Below, piece by piece: positions 35,985 to 45,705 of a DNA stretch of 64,000 nt. The stretch is from positions 5,124-69,123 of IMG/VR virus record IMGVR_UViG_3300013800_000007. The stretch is one strand, 5' to 3'. The translations under genes and the position numbers were made by a program. Every line of letters starts with the position of its first letter. Positions within the stretch are counted from its first letter, which is position 1. A model generated the notes under the pieces. That model worked only from the letters and a program-made list of their open reading frames with translations, made no database searches and had not been told where the DNA came from. This DNA is from a virus (Duplodnaviria; Caudoviricetes).

Positions 35985-37614
35985 CTATCGCTTCCACGGT
36001 GAAGTCATGAGCAACCACCTTCTGATACTTGCCGTTCTTCTGGAGCATCACGCGGCCCGGCTTGCGAAGGTCGCCAAAGTAGAGCTCGGCCATCTTGCAG
36101 TCCGCCGGAACGATGCCGGTGCGCGACATGCGGCGCCACCAATTAACTGCCTCGTTTCGCATCCAGGAATTCTGACTCTCCAGGAGGACGTATTCACGCA
36201 CGACCTTGGTGAGTCCCAGCTGATACTCGACAACCACCATGGGGTCGTCGCTCTTAGTTGCGATACTTGTGTAGTATCGAACACCCGTGACGTCATGCCA
36301 CTTCGGCTTTAGGCCAAGCGACAAGATGGGCGCGTCCGAAGCCTCTGGCGTGATGCGCTTCAACTCGTCGCGCGGGAACACGTGATTGCACTCCGGACAA
36401 GTCGCAGCCGATGCATGCACCAACTTATCACAGTTGGGGCACTGTTTAATCGGTGCTTCGCGCTTGCCTTTGGAGTCGCCAGACTGATCCTTGACGACTC
36501 GCAGCTCGTCGATTGGACCAAGACGAGCGAAGTTGCGACCGTAGTCGAGAACCAGGCAGTCATCCTTGCCGGGGCACAGACGAACACCGCGACCGACGAT
36601 CTGCAATAGAAGCCCAGGACTCTCGGTTGCGCGCACAATTGCCAAGTGGTCGCAGATCGGAGCGTCGAATCCAGTCGTCAGCACGTCGACATTCACGAGA
36701 CAGCGAACTTGGCCGGCAACGAACCGCTGAATGAGTGACTCACGCAGCTCTTTCGGCGTAAGCTTCGAATTGCCAGTGACCATGTGGGCGTCGATGCCGC
36801 GCTCGCGTAGAACTTCGACGAGGTGGAATCCGTGCTTGATGGATGACGCGAAAATCATCCAGGCGCGACGGTCCTGACCTCGCTCGATGATCTCGTTGAC
36901 GATCGCCCGATTAAGGTGATCGATGTCAAAGCGATCAGCGACCTGCGAGGCGATGAACTCTCCACCGCGATGATTCAAACTTTCAAGATCTACATTGATC
37001 TTGGTGCCCTTGGTGACAAGTGGAGCAACGTAGCCGCCCTCGAGCAGCTTAACGTAAGGCATCGAGTAGACGATTTTGTCGAACACAGGCGGAGCGTCGC
37101 CGTGTGGATCAGTCAACATGCCGGTTGTCAGACGGAATGGTGACGCCGTGAATCCGACCAACTTCATCTGCGGGTTTATTTTTCGCAGATCGGTGATTAG
37201 ACTGCGATACTGGCCCTCGCCAGAATGCGGTATGAGGTGAGCCTCGTCGATCATCATGACGTCGATCGCGCCAATCTCATTGGCGGATCCGGCCATGGTC
37301 TGCACACCGCCGAACGTGATCAGCTGCTTGCCGTCGCGTTTGCGGAATCCTGCCGAGAACAGGCCGACCGGAGCATCCGGCCAGACCTGCTTGAGGCGCT
37401 CGTAGTTTTGGCCGATGAGCTCCTTGACGTGGGTCGCCATCAAGATGCGCGTGCCGTAGTATTGCCGCACCATCTCGTCGATCATGGTGGCGATCACCAC
37501 GCTCTTGCCGCCGGCCGTGCCGATCTCAACCAGAGGATCGCGCGCCTCACCGCTACGCCAGGCGTCATAGACCGCATTGGCCGCCTCACGCTGATATGGT
37601 CGAACAGAGATCAA
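35968..37614 (-). CDS. superfamily II DNA helicase (RadD/YejH-like)
   Basis: RPYQ, GTAGGKS, IDEAH, TASP.R, NVDVLTTGFD, QIVGRG.R, C-terminal CxxC Zn ribbon. Confidence 0.93.
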   Translation of the reverse strand: MISVRPYQREAANAVYDAWRSGEARDPLVEIGTAGGKSVVIATMIDEMVRQYYGTRILMATHVKELIGQNYERLKQVWPDAPVGLFSAGFRKRDGKQLITFGGVQTMAGSANEIGAIDVMMIDEAHLIPHSGEGQYRSLITDLRKINPQMKLVGFTASPFRLTTGMLTDPHGDAPPVFDKIVYSMPYVKLLEGGYVAPLVTKGTKINVDLESLNHRGGEFIASQVADRFDIDHLNRAIVNEIIERGQDRRAWMIFASSIKHGFHLVEVLRERGIDAHMVTGNSKLTPKELRESLIQRFVAGQVRCLVNVDVLTTGFDAPICDHLAIVRATESPGLLLQIVGRGVRLCPGKDDCLVLDYGRNFARLGPIDELRVVKDQSGDSKGKREAPIKQCPNCDKLVHASAATCPECNHVFPRDELKRITPEASDAPILSLGLKPKWHDVTGVRYYTSIATKSDDPMVVVEYQLGLTKVVREYVLLESQNSWMRNEAVNWWRRMSRTGIVPADCKMAELYFGDLRKPGRVMLQKNGKYQKVVAHDFTVEAIDESIL

Positions 37615-38540
37615 AGCGGCATCTCCATGCCGTTATCGATCACCGACGAGCCGTCATGGCGCTCATACCGGACAAGGCCGTTGCCGACGTCCTCGGCGCG
37701 CCCCTTGATCAAATGCGAGTTGTAGCGATGGTCTGGGCAGCCAGTGCGCTGGGTGCCAGCCGAGAGCTCCATCTTGTGCTTGTCGCACCACCAGGATCCG
37801 CCCCGGCGCGCCTCAGAACGAATGCACGTACGGCAATTGCGCTCAGGATAGCTCTTTCCATGGCAGGCCGAGTTGTGCGGGCACATCTGGCAGGCGAAGT
37901 AAGTCGGATCGATTGAGATCGGCGGGGGAGCAATGCGCTCGTAGATCACGCGCTCGCCCTTGGCGATCAATCGATTCGCGAGGCTCTCATCGAGCTGGAC
38001 GTGCTCAAGGTAGTCGACACTCGTGTCGGCGCAGCGGGCGATGTATAGCGCGCTCTTGAAGCCGGCGCGCAACATGTAAACCTGGATCTGCGCATGATGC
38101 CGCGGATTGGACGCGGCGACGCCAAGCTTGTTCAGCCGCTTGAATGTTGATGAGTTTACAGATTTGGCCTCGACGAGCACCCAGTCTCCGGCACGCATGA
38201 AGCGGCCAAGCTCGTCATTGGCACCACCATCGATGCGGCCAAACATGTGGCCATCGCAGGCCTCGACCGGAAACTGCTTGCCATCTCCTCCGCGGTCGAC
38301 GACGTTCAGCCCGGCGGCACGCAGATCGGAGATGATACGCTTCTCCTCCTCGTTGCCCCGCTCGACATTCTTGCGCGCGATTCCGCTCATCTCCTTGGCT
38401 GGCGACACCCAGCGAAACGACATCCAGATGCGGCGCACACACTCGTAACCGATGTCAGAAACCGGCAAGCGATACGGGCGTTGGTCGATCATTGCCGCGT
38501 ACGAGGCATTGATTTGAGCGGCTAATTCTTCGAGTTGCAT
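37611..38540 (-). CDS. Cas4-like PD-(D/E)XK exonuclease
   Basis: SDIGYEC.R..W, GRIDG, VEAKS, HAQIQVYM, CQMC..C, CRTC. Confidence 0.85.
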   Translation of the reverse strand: MQLEELAAQINASYAAMIDQRPYRLPVSDIGYECVRRIWMSFRWVSPAKEMSGIARKNVERGNEEEKRIISDLRAAGLNVVDRGGDGKQFPVEACDGHMFGRIDGGANDELGRFMRAGDWVLVEAKSVNSSTFKRLNKLGVAASNPRHHAQIQVYMLRAGFKSALYIARCADTSVDYLEHVQLDESLANRLIAKGERVIYERIAPPPISIDPTYFACQMCPHNSACHGKSYPERNCRTCIRSEARRGGSWWCDKHKMELSAGTQRTGCPDHRYNSHLIKGRAEDVGNGLVRYERHDGSSVIDNGMEMPL

Positions 38541-38622
38541 ATCGCCTCCTTGTCGCAGAAACGGCCAGCGAGTTGTCAGACCTCGCCGGCCGTTGTGCAC
38601 TGTCAACGCTACGCTTGCAGAC

Positions 38623-39246
38623 TTAGGTGCGCCAGGGCGGCGGGCCACCGGCCAGCGTGCTCGCAGGCATCGCCGGAGGCGCGGCCATCTGAGTCGGTGC
38701 CGGAGCGTACGCTGGCGCCTGCTGCATCGGTTGTGCCGGCATCTGCTGCATCGGCGCGGCCTGAACAGGCGCTGGGCCCGCTGGCGGCATCGAGCCGACG
38801 AGGTTGGTGGCCGGGCCGAAGTCAGTGATATCGTTCTGAGCTTCGTCGCCCGCCTTCTTGCCGCCCGTCTGGGTGATCGTCGCCATGACCGGCTTGTTCG
38901 CGAGGCCGGCGAGAGACGTCAGAACCTGGCTACCGACGCCGTGAGCGATCTGGAACTTAGCCAGGAATGCGCGCGACATCGCCATGTACTGATCGCTCGG
39001 ATGATCGTTGCCGATCGTGCGGCGGACGATGCGACCTTTGAACGGTCCCTCTTGCACCGTGAAGGTGAGGGTGGTCGTGACATTCATCACGCCGTTGGGT
39101 GCACCTTCCCGCTGCTTCATGTTCTTCTTGGCGCCCGTGAGGGCGACGACGGCCTTGGTGCCATGCGGAATGAGATCAGCCGTTTTGGCTTGCTCGCCCG
39201 TCTGGCCGCCCATAGTGCCGCCCAGCTCGAAATCGGCTTGGCTCAT
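38623..39246 (-). CDS. single-stranded DNA-binding protein (DUF669-like)
   Basis: FTVQEGPFKGR motif; Pro/Gln-rich tail ending PPW; between the Sak4-like ATPase and the exonuclease. Confidence 0.75.
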   Translation of the reverse strand: MSQADFELGGTMGGQTGEQAKTADLIPHGTKAVVALTGAKKNMKQREGAPNGVMNVTTTLTFTVQEGPFKGRIVRRTIGNDHPSDQYMAMSRAFLAKFQIAHGVGSQVLTSLAGLANKPVMATITQTGGKKAGDEAQNDITDFGPATNLVGSMPPAGPAPVQAAPMQQMPAQPMQQAPAYAPAPTQMAAPPAMPASTLAGGPPPWRT

Positions 39247-39310
39247 TTGGTGGTTTCTCCATTCAGTTTCTGTTGCAACAGTGACCGTCTCTCCGGTCTG
39301 TCCACGACCA

Positions 39311-40093
39311 TCAGGCAGCCGCTGGCTGCATTCCGGCGACGTTCGGGATGTACTTTGCGACCTCGGCGAAGCTCAGCGGCAGGAACTCAGGGAGTCCCAT
39401 GCGGCTTCCTGCGAGGTAGCCACCGCCCGGCTGGCAGTAGACGCGCTTCTCGCCGACGCCGGTGGCCTTCGTGACCTTGTTGCCGAATCCAGCGTCCGTT
39501 GTTGCGACCATCACTTGGTGAGCCGCATAGAGGATCGCATCGCAATCCTCGGAAAAAATTGGCATGACGTGCTTGTTCAGATCGGGGACCATGCGCTTGA
39601 ATTGCGTGGTCAGGTCAGGAGAATTGTCAGTGACGGCGACCGAATGGGCCACTTCGATCACATTGATCTTGAGTGCGCGATGGATATGCTTGATGGCCTC
39701 GTTGTACCGAAGGGCGAACTCGTCAGCGACCTGCACCCAACCCTTGCCGTAGGGTATCTCCTCGATGTTGGCCTTGCCGTTCAGCTGCGCAACGTACTCC
39801 TGACAGCGACGCTCTGCGTGATCGACGCTGTCGATGACGAGGGTGCTACAAATCGTCGGATTCTGGATGACCAGATAGAGCGACTCGATGATCTCCGGCC
39901 ACGTCTTCGGCTTGATCGCGCGAACCTTTGTCAGCGCCTCACTGTAGCCGAGCCCGTCCTCCGTGGCGATGAAAAGAGGATTCGGAGCACACGCGCCGAA
40001 AGTCGACTTGCCAACTTTTGGCGCGCCGTGAATCAGGATGCGCGGTGCCTTGCTATCGTGGTTCGTTTCGATCGAGTCGAGCGAGATTGCCAT
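39311..40093 (-). CDS. Sak4-like AAA ATPase / recombinase
   Basis: LIHGAPKVGKST, ATEDG, TLVIDSVD, YGKGW. Confidence 0.88.
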   Translation of the reverse strand: MAISLDSIETNHDSKAPRILIHGAPKVGKSTFGACAPNPLFIATEDGLGYSEALTKVRAIKPKTWPEIIESLYLVIQNPTICSTLVIDSVDHAERRCQEYVAQLNGKANIEEIPYGKGWVQVADEFALRYNEAIKHIHRALKINVIEVAHSVAVTDNSPDLTTQFKRMVPDLNKHVMPIFSEDCDAILYAAHQVMVATTDAGFGNKVTKATGVGEKRVYCQPGGGYLAGSRMGLPEFLPLSFAEVAKYIPNVAGMQPAAA

Positions 40094-40539
40094 TAGCTGA
40101 TTTTCCTCACAGAGATGACGGACGAGCCGTAGCTGACGTTAATTGCTTCCTGCACCGCCGCGCGCACGTCAGGATCACTCTCGTGGCGCAGCATCGACTC
40201 GTTGACAGAATACGTGACCGACACGCCCGTCGGGACCCTTGCACAGACCTGTAGGAGGTCACCGATCAAGTTTTGGTCCAGACGGACGTGTCGTTCGAAG
40301 TGGCCGATGATCTCGTGTTTTCCAACAACGATTCCGACCTTTCCAAACTCACGCCCGGAAACTTGCCGCGCGACTTCAAACTGGCGCGTGTGGCGGTTCA
40401 GCAGCATCAAGTCGATGCGGGACGACTCGGCTGCCAAATCGACAAGCTTCCGGGCAATTTCATCGCGACGAGCAATGAGGTCTTCGGTTGAGAGCGTGCT
40501 GAGAGTGATGTCGCTATGCGTGACCGTTGTATCGACCAT
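40093..40539 (-). CDS. hypothetical protein of the recombination module
   Basis: GGAGG RBS; coupled to the ATPase. Confidence 0.7.
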   Translation of the reverse strand: MVDTTVTHSDITLSTLSTEDLIARRDEIARKLVDLAAESSRIDLMLLNRHTRQFEVARQVSGREFGKVGIVVGKHEIIGHFERHVRLDQNLIGDLLQVCARVPTGVSVTYSVNESMLRHESDPDVRAAVQEAINVSYGSSVISVRKIS

Positions 40540-40582
40540 CTCGAGACCTCCTCCCGTTCGCTCATTGCTCGTCGTGCATTGT

Positions 40583-41845
40583 TTATTTACACTTTGCATC
40601 GATTTCTGTCAATGCCGAAACGCTAAGTTGATGCATAAGATTGTCGAGGTTGCGGTGGAGATCCTGCAACGTGCCGTTGTTGTCGATGATATGGTCAGCC
40701 ACGCTCGCGTCGATACTCATTGATGCTGACGACTCGGGCGGATGTCTCTTGCTGGCGTCGATCCAGATGACGTGATCAAAGGCCTTTTCAGCCTTGAGCG
40801 CATCGAATTCGCGACGCGAGCGCAGGCCAACATACATATCGTATTCCGCGAACAGCTCGCGACCAAGTCGCGCCGCATCGTACCGATTGTATTTCGATAT
40901 CAAGTCATGCCATAGGGCGCGGTGATTGTGGCGATCCGCGAAGCACTCCTCGAATGTTTTGTACTCCGGGTGGCCCGTGAATTCTTGTGTCACCTTGGGC
41001 TGGCAATACGGAAAAACCGCCTTGCGACCAACGAACTCCGAGGAGGAGCGGAAGGTCAGGCCATATTTGTCCCGTAGGTACTCCGCCGCAGTGTCCTTGC
41101 CCCAGCGACCCGGAGCCAAGATTATGAGTCGTGGTCGGCGCATTTCAGACTCCTTCGCGGGCGTAATCAGCTTGTTGTGAGTGACGTAGGCGAGACAGAA
41201 GGCGGCGACGTCAGCTTCGGTGAATTCGTTTTTGCACATATTGTACATATTGCAGACAACGATGGTGTTGCCGCAAGTGTATCCAAGCTTAGGATTTACT
41301 CGCTCAAGGGATGGGGCGAATGGTTTTTTGCGGTTTTGCCGTTCGGTGCGAGTGAAATCCAATGAAACTCCCGACGCCTCGCAACGATCAATATTCGATC
41401 GGGCACGGATCCATTCTTCGTCAAGGGCGTATTCAATGTTAAGTTTTCGCGCTCTGGTTTTTGCACCCCAGGCAAGCGCCTTGATTCTGTTTTCGTAGTA
41501 ATATTCGCGCTGTGCCTGTCTAACTTTCTCAGCGTTGGTGGCGCACCATTTGCGAGTTGATTCTCGAACCTTCTCGCGATTGGCTGCCCTGTACGCCCTC
41601 GCTCTTTCCAGGTTCTTCTCGGCATTCTTCGCATTGTATTTTTCTCTTTTTAATTTGACTTTATCCGGATTTTTTATTGCCCATTCGCGCCCCTGATTGC
41701 GAACTTTGTCGGGGTTCGCAATTCTCCATGCTCGCTTCCCTTCAAGGATTTTTTCGCGATTAGCCGCTAGATATTGCTTGTCGTACTCTTTTTTCTTGCG
41801 TCTACGCCTCTCATCCGCTGTCTCATCAGTCTCGACGGTGCTCAT
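40583..41845 (-). CDS. HNH-like endonuclease fused in frame to a P-loop deoxynucleotide monophosphate kinase-like protein (kinase part 40583..41143)
   Basis: APSLERVNPKLGYTCGN motif, then internal AAGGAG RBS + ATG and LIILAPGRWGKDT...IIDNNGT. Confidence 0.8.
   Translation of the reverse strand: MSTVETDETADERRRRKKKEYDKQYLAANREKILEGKRAWRIANPDKVRNQGREWAIKNPDKVKLKREKYNAKNAEKNLERARAYRAANREKVRESTRKWCATNAEKVRQAQREYYYENRIKALAWGAKTRARKLNIEYALDEEWIRARSNIDRCEASGVSLDFTRTERQNRKKPFAPSLERVNPKLGYTCGNTIVVCNMYNMCKNEFTEADVAAFCLAYVTHNKLITPAKESEMRRPRLIILAPGRWGKDTAAEYLRDKYGLTFRSSSEFVGRKAVFPYCQPKVTQEFTGHPEYKTFEECFADRHNHRALWHDLISKYNRYDAARLGRELFAEYDMYVGLRSRREFDALKAEKAFDHVIWIDASKRHPPESSASMSIDASVADHIIDNNGTLQDLHRNLDNLMHQLSVSALTEIDAKCK
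40584..40612 (-). promoter_or_regulatory. sigma70-type promoter
   Basis: TTGACA-17 bp-TAAATA. Confidence 0.55.
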
Positions 41846-42420
41846 TATTTCTTCCCCTTCTTCTTCGCGGGCGCCTTGGCTTTGCTTTTCTTCCCGCCCG
41901 TTTTCTTTCGGCGACCGGTCGGCTTTAGATGGCTTACGTCGTGCAGTCCGGCCTCAATGCGAAGTGCAGTTACTGCCACCGCAACAGCATCCGCTTCGTT
42001 GTCGTCCATGACTGCAAACCCAAGGCGACTCACAGCTTCGATTATTTGCTCTTTTTTCGCTCCGCCCTTGCAGACGCACGCCTTTATCGTGTTGACTGGA
42101 ATGCCAACTGGCTCAATGCCGTTTCGGTGTGCGGCCATTTGAATGATAGCTCGCGCCCCACAGTGAAGCTCCGTTGCCCTCGATGAGGCAAACGTGGCCG
42201 CGTGAACAAATTCAAACACCAGGCCAGTAATCTTGTGAGCATCAATTTTCGCCTGAATAAATCTGTCGATGTGCAGCCATCGCTCGAAATCTTGTGGATG
42301 CGAATGGACTTTATCCACATTCCACACGCCGATCTCTATCGGTTGCCCGTCGTACATCACGCACCAGCCTAGCTTCGTGCCAATGTCGATCGCGAGCAGG
42401 CGACTGGTGTCACTTGGCAT
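41845..42420 (-). CDS. RuvC-like Holliday junction resolvase
   Basis: LLAIDIG..LGWC, VFE, DNEADAVAV. Confidence 0.88.
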   Translation of the reverse strand: MPSDTSRLLAIDIGTKLGWCVMYDGQPIEIGVWNVDKVHSHPQDFERWLHIDRFIQAKIDAHKITGLVFEFVHAATFASSRATELHCGARAIIQMAAHRNGIEPVGIPVNTIKACVCKGGAKKEQIIEAVSRLGFAVMDDNEADAVAVAVTALRIEAGLHDVSHLKPTGRRKKTGGKKSKAKAPAKKKGKK

Positions 42421-43078
42421 TTGCTATGGCATCCTCGATGTCGAGCTGCGCACCCTTGGAGAAGCGCTTTTTTGCTGGCTTTTTCTTTGGTGGCGCGACG
42501 ATCGGTGGAGATGGTGTTGTTGCGACGATGCCGGCAGGGGTGATCCACTCACCAAGGTCGCCGCCTATGCAGCGCCAACCCTTGCGTTGCCGGCGAGCGA
42601 ATAGCTCGATGCGTTCGACATCAGGCCAGCGCTTATCAATGAGATCCTGGAAGCGCTCCGGCTTCGCGGAATGACGCTTCTCGCGCGCACCCTCGAACAC
42701 TGTCGTCCACTCTAGCGGCTTGCGAGCCTCGAACTTGCCGCGGGTCCCGATGAGAACGATCTCACCGTTGTTCCGACTCCACCGCCCGTACGCGACATTC
42801 GGCTTTTTCCATACGAGACATGACTTGTAGGAGAAGCCCCAGTGAGCGAGTAGAGTCATGGCCTGCGCCAAGTGCGGCACTGTGGACCATAGCATCATGC
42901 AGGCGTTTTTGCCGGCCAAGTCCTTAATTGTCGGATGAAGATCGAGCAGATCTTGCTCACTCATGCATTCGTACTTCTGGACGCGGCCACGACCCTTGTC
43001 AGAGTACGTCTTGATTGCCCATGGAACATCAGCAACCACGATCCGCGGCGGAGACTTTACTCGTCTTTTCCCTGACAC
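42410..43078 (-). CDS. MT-A70 family adenine methyltransferase
   Basis: DVPW, LW..., WGF.YK...W.K, HSAKP, IELFAR. Confidence 0.85.
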   Translation of the reverse strand: MSGKRRVKSPPRIVVADVPWAIKTYSDKGRGRVQKYECMSEQDLLDLHPTIKDLAGKNACMMLWSTVPHLAQAMTLLAHWGFSYKSCLVWKKPNVAYGRWSRNNGEIVLIGTRGKFEARKPLEWTTVFEGAREKRHSAKPERFQDLIDKRWPDVERIELFARRQRKGWRCIGGDLGEWITPAGIVATTPSPPIVAPPKKKPAKKRFSKGAQLDIEDAIANAK

Positions 43079-43245
43079 AGCTTACGCGCCTCCCTGCCAC
43101 TCGCTTCATTGTTCAGATTGATGAGGCCGCAGAACGCACAGCACACCCATGGCTGTGGGTGCTTCTTGTGTCCGTATCGGCGCCAAACGTGAGGCTTGTT
43201 CCTGGCCCTGCCGCTCTTGGCTTTGGGGTCGCTCCAGTTGATCAA
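43057..43245 (-). CDS. small Cys-rich protein
   Basis: CAFCGLI motif; overlaps neighbours. Confidence 0.55.
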   Translation of the reverse strand: MINWSDPKAKSGRARNKPHVWRRYGHKKHPQPWVCCAFCGLINLNNEASGREARKLCQGKDE

Positions 43246-43556
43246 CAGCCGTACTCCTCCGCCAGCTTCGCGGCTCTCTCGAGCAGCTCCGCATCCTCGT
43301 AAAGCAGACGCACTGAGCGATCCTGGGACTTGAGCGCGTCCATCCGGCCGGCGAGCGCCTTCCGGAGCACCTCGCTCGGCTTGTTGCAGTTCCTCACATG
43401 CTTGCCCAGGAAGCCCGTAGACAGCTTTGAGCCAGCCGCTCGAGCGCTTGCCCCGCTCGCCTTGTATTGACCACGCTCAATATTCACGACGGAGTTGTGG
43501 CCCGGAATCCGCAGATCCCGCTCCGCTGTTTGAATTAAGTGGTTCTCTGTCAGCAT
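43242..43556 (-). CDS. hypothetical protein, first gene of the leftward lytic operon (Cro position)
   Basis: Divergent from the repressor; no clear HTH recognised. Confidence 0.5.
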   Translation of the reverse strand: MLTENHLIQTAERDLRIPGHNSVVNIERGQYKASGASARAAGSKLSTGFLGKHVRNCNKPSEVLRKALAGRMDALKSQDRSVRLLYEDAELLERAAKLAEEYGC

Positions 43557-43636
43557 TTTTGTATTTTTGTGTTGACCAAAGTCGCCATAACATCGTAATC
43601 AACGAATGCCTGGCGGTGAGTTGACCGTCGATCGTG

Positions 43637-43665
43637 ACAGTACACAATACGTGGTTATCTGTCAA
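43637..43665 (-). promoter_or_regulatory. leftward lytic promoter
   Basis: TTGACA-17 bp-TACTGT in the gap next to the repressor. Confidence 0.7.
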
Positions 43666-43682
43666 TGCTTTGGAGAGCGGAT

Positions 43683-44447
43683 ATGGCTCGCGGAAAGAAA
43701 CCACCAGCAGGCTTTAAGCTTGAAGCGCCCGTCAGCGAAACACTAACGGTGAAGTTTTCGGCCGGCTGGAAGGATCGACTGCAGAAGCTAATCCGCGAGA
43801 AAGACACGAATCCACGTCGTCTATCCATCGCTGCCGGGCTCGATCCATCAACCGTCACTCAGGTACTCCGCTCCAGTCGCTCTCCGGGCATCGAAACGAT
43901 TGCCCCGATCGCCGACCAGCTGGGTGTCAGCCTTGATTGGCTCGTTAGGGGTAGGGGCACCGCAGCTCAACCAGCCTTTAGCGGGGGCCAAAATGCAGAT
44001 ATTCAGCAGGTCAAAGTCATCGAATGGGAATCTGTGCACAATTTCGTACTCGGCAAGCACGACAGGGTGGTTGTCATGAGGACGGAGACAACACAGGCAA
44101 TGGATCCGGCGGAGGGTAGATTCCGTCTGGATTTCGCCGGCACCAGCATGGCGCCACTCATCATGGACGGCAGCATCCTTGACTGCTCGACGGCCCTCAT
44201 TGAGGAGCCGGAGGACGTGGTCATTGTGTGGATCGCCGACCAGAAAAAAGCGGTGGCTCGCCAAATCATGCCGGAAAAAGTCGACAAACACGGTCGCATC
44301 ACGCGGGGGAGTCTTGTAACCCCCAACGAAAAGTGGGGCTCCATCGCTTTCGACACATCGAAGGGCGACAAGATCCTCGCGGTTGTCATCGACGTCATCA
44401 GACCACTCCGTCGCGTCAAGCGGCGTGGCGTCAAGATGGCAGCGTGA
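43683..44447 (+). CDS. CI-like repressor (XRE HTH + S24-like C-terminal domain)
   Basis: LSIAAGLDPSTVTQV..IADQLGVSLDWLV; GTSMAP. Confidence 0.88.
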   Translation: MARGKKPPAGFKLEAPVSETLTVKFSAGWKDRLQKLIREKDTNPRRLSIAAGLDPSTVTQVLRSSRSPGIETIAPIADQLGVSLDWLVRGRGTAAQPAFSGGQNADIQQVKVIEWESVHNFVLGKHDRVVVMRTETTQAMDPAEGRFRLDFAGTSMAPLIMDGSILDCSTALIEEPEDVVIVWIADQKKAVARQIMPEKVDKHGRITRGSLVTPNEKWGSIAFDTSKGDKILAVVIDVIRPLRRVKRRGVKMAA

Positions 44448-44800
44448 ACGCTCTCACTTTCGAGCAGGCATCACAGATTCTGGCGTCTCGCGGCATCCAG
44501 ATGTCGCCCCGCGCGTTGCACAATGCAGCGCGATCGGGGAGGCTCGCACAAAGCAAAATCGGCCGACGTTGCTACGTCACCGTAGATGATCTCGAGGAAT
44601 ACATAGCGTCATGTCGCGTACAAAGGGCTCCGCTCCTCGACTCGTCCTGTATGGACCCGATACCAAGCACAAGGCCAAGCGCAAGGCCGGATTCAAGTCG
44701 TACAAGTGGTACATCAGGCACGATCACCTTGGCCGACGTATTGAAAAAACCACCGGCTATGGGATCGGCCAGGAGGTCGACGCCCACCGCGCGCTCCTAG
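44444..44800 (+). CDS. xis: excisionase-like HTH protein
   Basis: GTG overlapping the repressor stop; LTFEQASQIL..AARSGRL..KIGRRCYVTVDDLEEYI; overlaps the int start. Confidence 0.75.
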   Translation: MNALTFEQASQILASRGIQMSPRALHNAARSGRLAQSKIGRRCYVTVDDLEEYIASCRVQRAPLLDSSCMDPIPSTRPSARPDSSRTSGTSGTITLADVLKKPPAMGSARRSTPTARS

Positions 44801-45702
44801 ACTACGTCATGGCGTTGTCGACTCCGGTCGGCACCGACAAGGACCCACTACTCCTTGAGGTGCTGACCGGCTACAAGCTCCGCCGCGCACCGAAACTCAA
44901 ATCAGCGAAAGCCGAGATCCGCAGCTGCGACAATCTCATTGGCGTATCCACCGGGATCCGGGTGTCCCAGGTCAACAAGTCGTGGTGCCAGGCATTTGCC
45001 GACCAGCGCAGAAAGTTGCATAAGCACTCCGACAGCTACATCCGGCGCGAGCTAGGCGTGCTCACCAGAGCGCTATCCCTTGCGGCGGACGAAGGTCGCA
45101 TTGATGCGGCGCCGAAGATCTGGAAGCCGGCGGACGGTGATCCCCGCAGCGCGTTCCTGACGGCGCCGCAGGTTGCCCGCATCGTCCGCTACTTCCGGAG
45201 CCGCGAGGATGGCTTCCGCGGCCTCTTGTTCGTGCTCTTGGGTGTCTACACCGGCCACCGCAAGGAGGCGATCCTGACGTTGCGCTGGGAGCCGCACGAC
45301 GAAGGCGGCTTCGTCGACCTGCAGTCCGGCATGATCGACTTCCGGCAGCGGCGCGCCACTAAAAAGAGGCGGGCCCAGATGATGATCCCGAAGCGCCTAC
45401 TGCCACTCCTCCACCGCGCGAAGCGGGAATCGCGCGCTGGGTGGGTCATCGAGTTTAATGGCAAAGGCGTTAAAACTATTAAATCGCTACTCGACTCGAG
45501 CGTCCTGGAGTCAGGAGTGAAGTGGCATCCGCACATGCTGGCGCACACATGCGCGAGCTGGATGATCATGGGCGGGATCGATATCCTGCGCGTCGCGCGA
45601 CACTGCGGCAAGTCGGTCAAAATGATCGACCAGGTCTACGGGCACCTCATGCCGATGGACGGTCTCCGCCCCAACATCAACATGCGTCGCCGGTGGCTCT
45701 GA
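44611..45702 (+). CDS. int: tyrosine recombinase (integrase) with non-canonical active site
   Basis: YTGHRKEAIL (Arg I), PHMLAHT in place of HxLRH, VYGH (Tyr). Confidence 0.9.
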   Translation: MSRTKGSAPRLVLYGPDTKHKAKRKAGFKSYKWYIRHDHLGRRIEKTTGYGIGQEVDAHRALLDYVMALSTPVGTDKDPLLLEVLTGYKLRRAPKLKSAKAEIRSCDNLIGVSTGIRVSQVNKSWCQAFADQRRKLHKHSDSYIRRELGVLTRALSLAADEGRIDAAPKIWKPADGDPRSAFLTAPQVARIVRYFRSREDGFRGLLFVLLGVYTGHRKEAILTLRWEPHDEGGFVDLQSGMIDFRQRRATKKRRAQMMIPKRLLPLLHRAKRESRAGWVIEFNGKGVKTIKSLLDSSVLESGVKWHPHMLAHTCASWMIMGGIDILRVARHCGKSVKMIDQVYGHLMPMDGLRPNINMRRRWL

Positions 45703-45705
45703 TCA

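Noticed and set aside
37611-38540. Cas4-like gene as part of a CRISPR system
   Set aside because: It sits in the usual phage Sak4-SSB-exonuclease-helicase recombination module; no cas1/cas2 or array.
41165-41200. VTHN at the HNH-kinase junction as an intein end
   Set aside because: The next residue is Lys rather than Cys/Ser/Thr, and there is no N-terminal splicing block.
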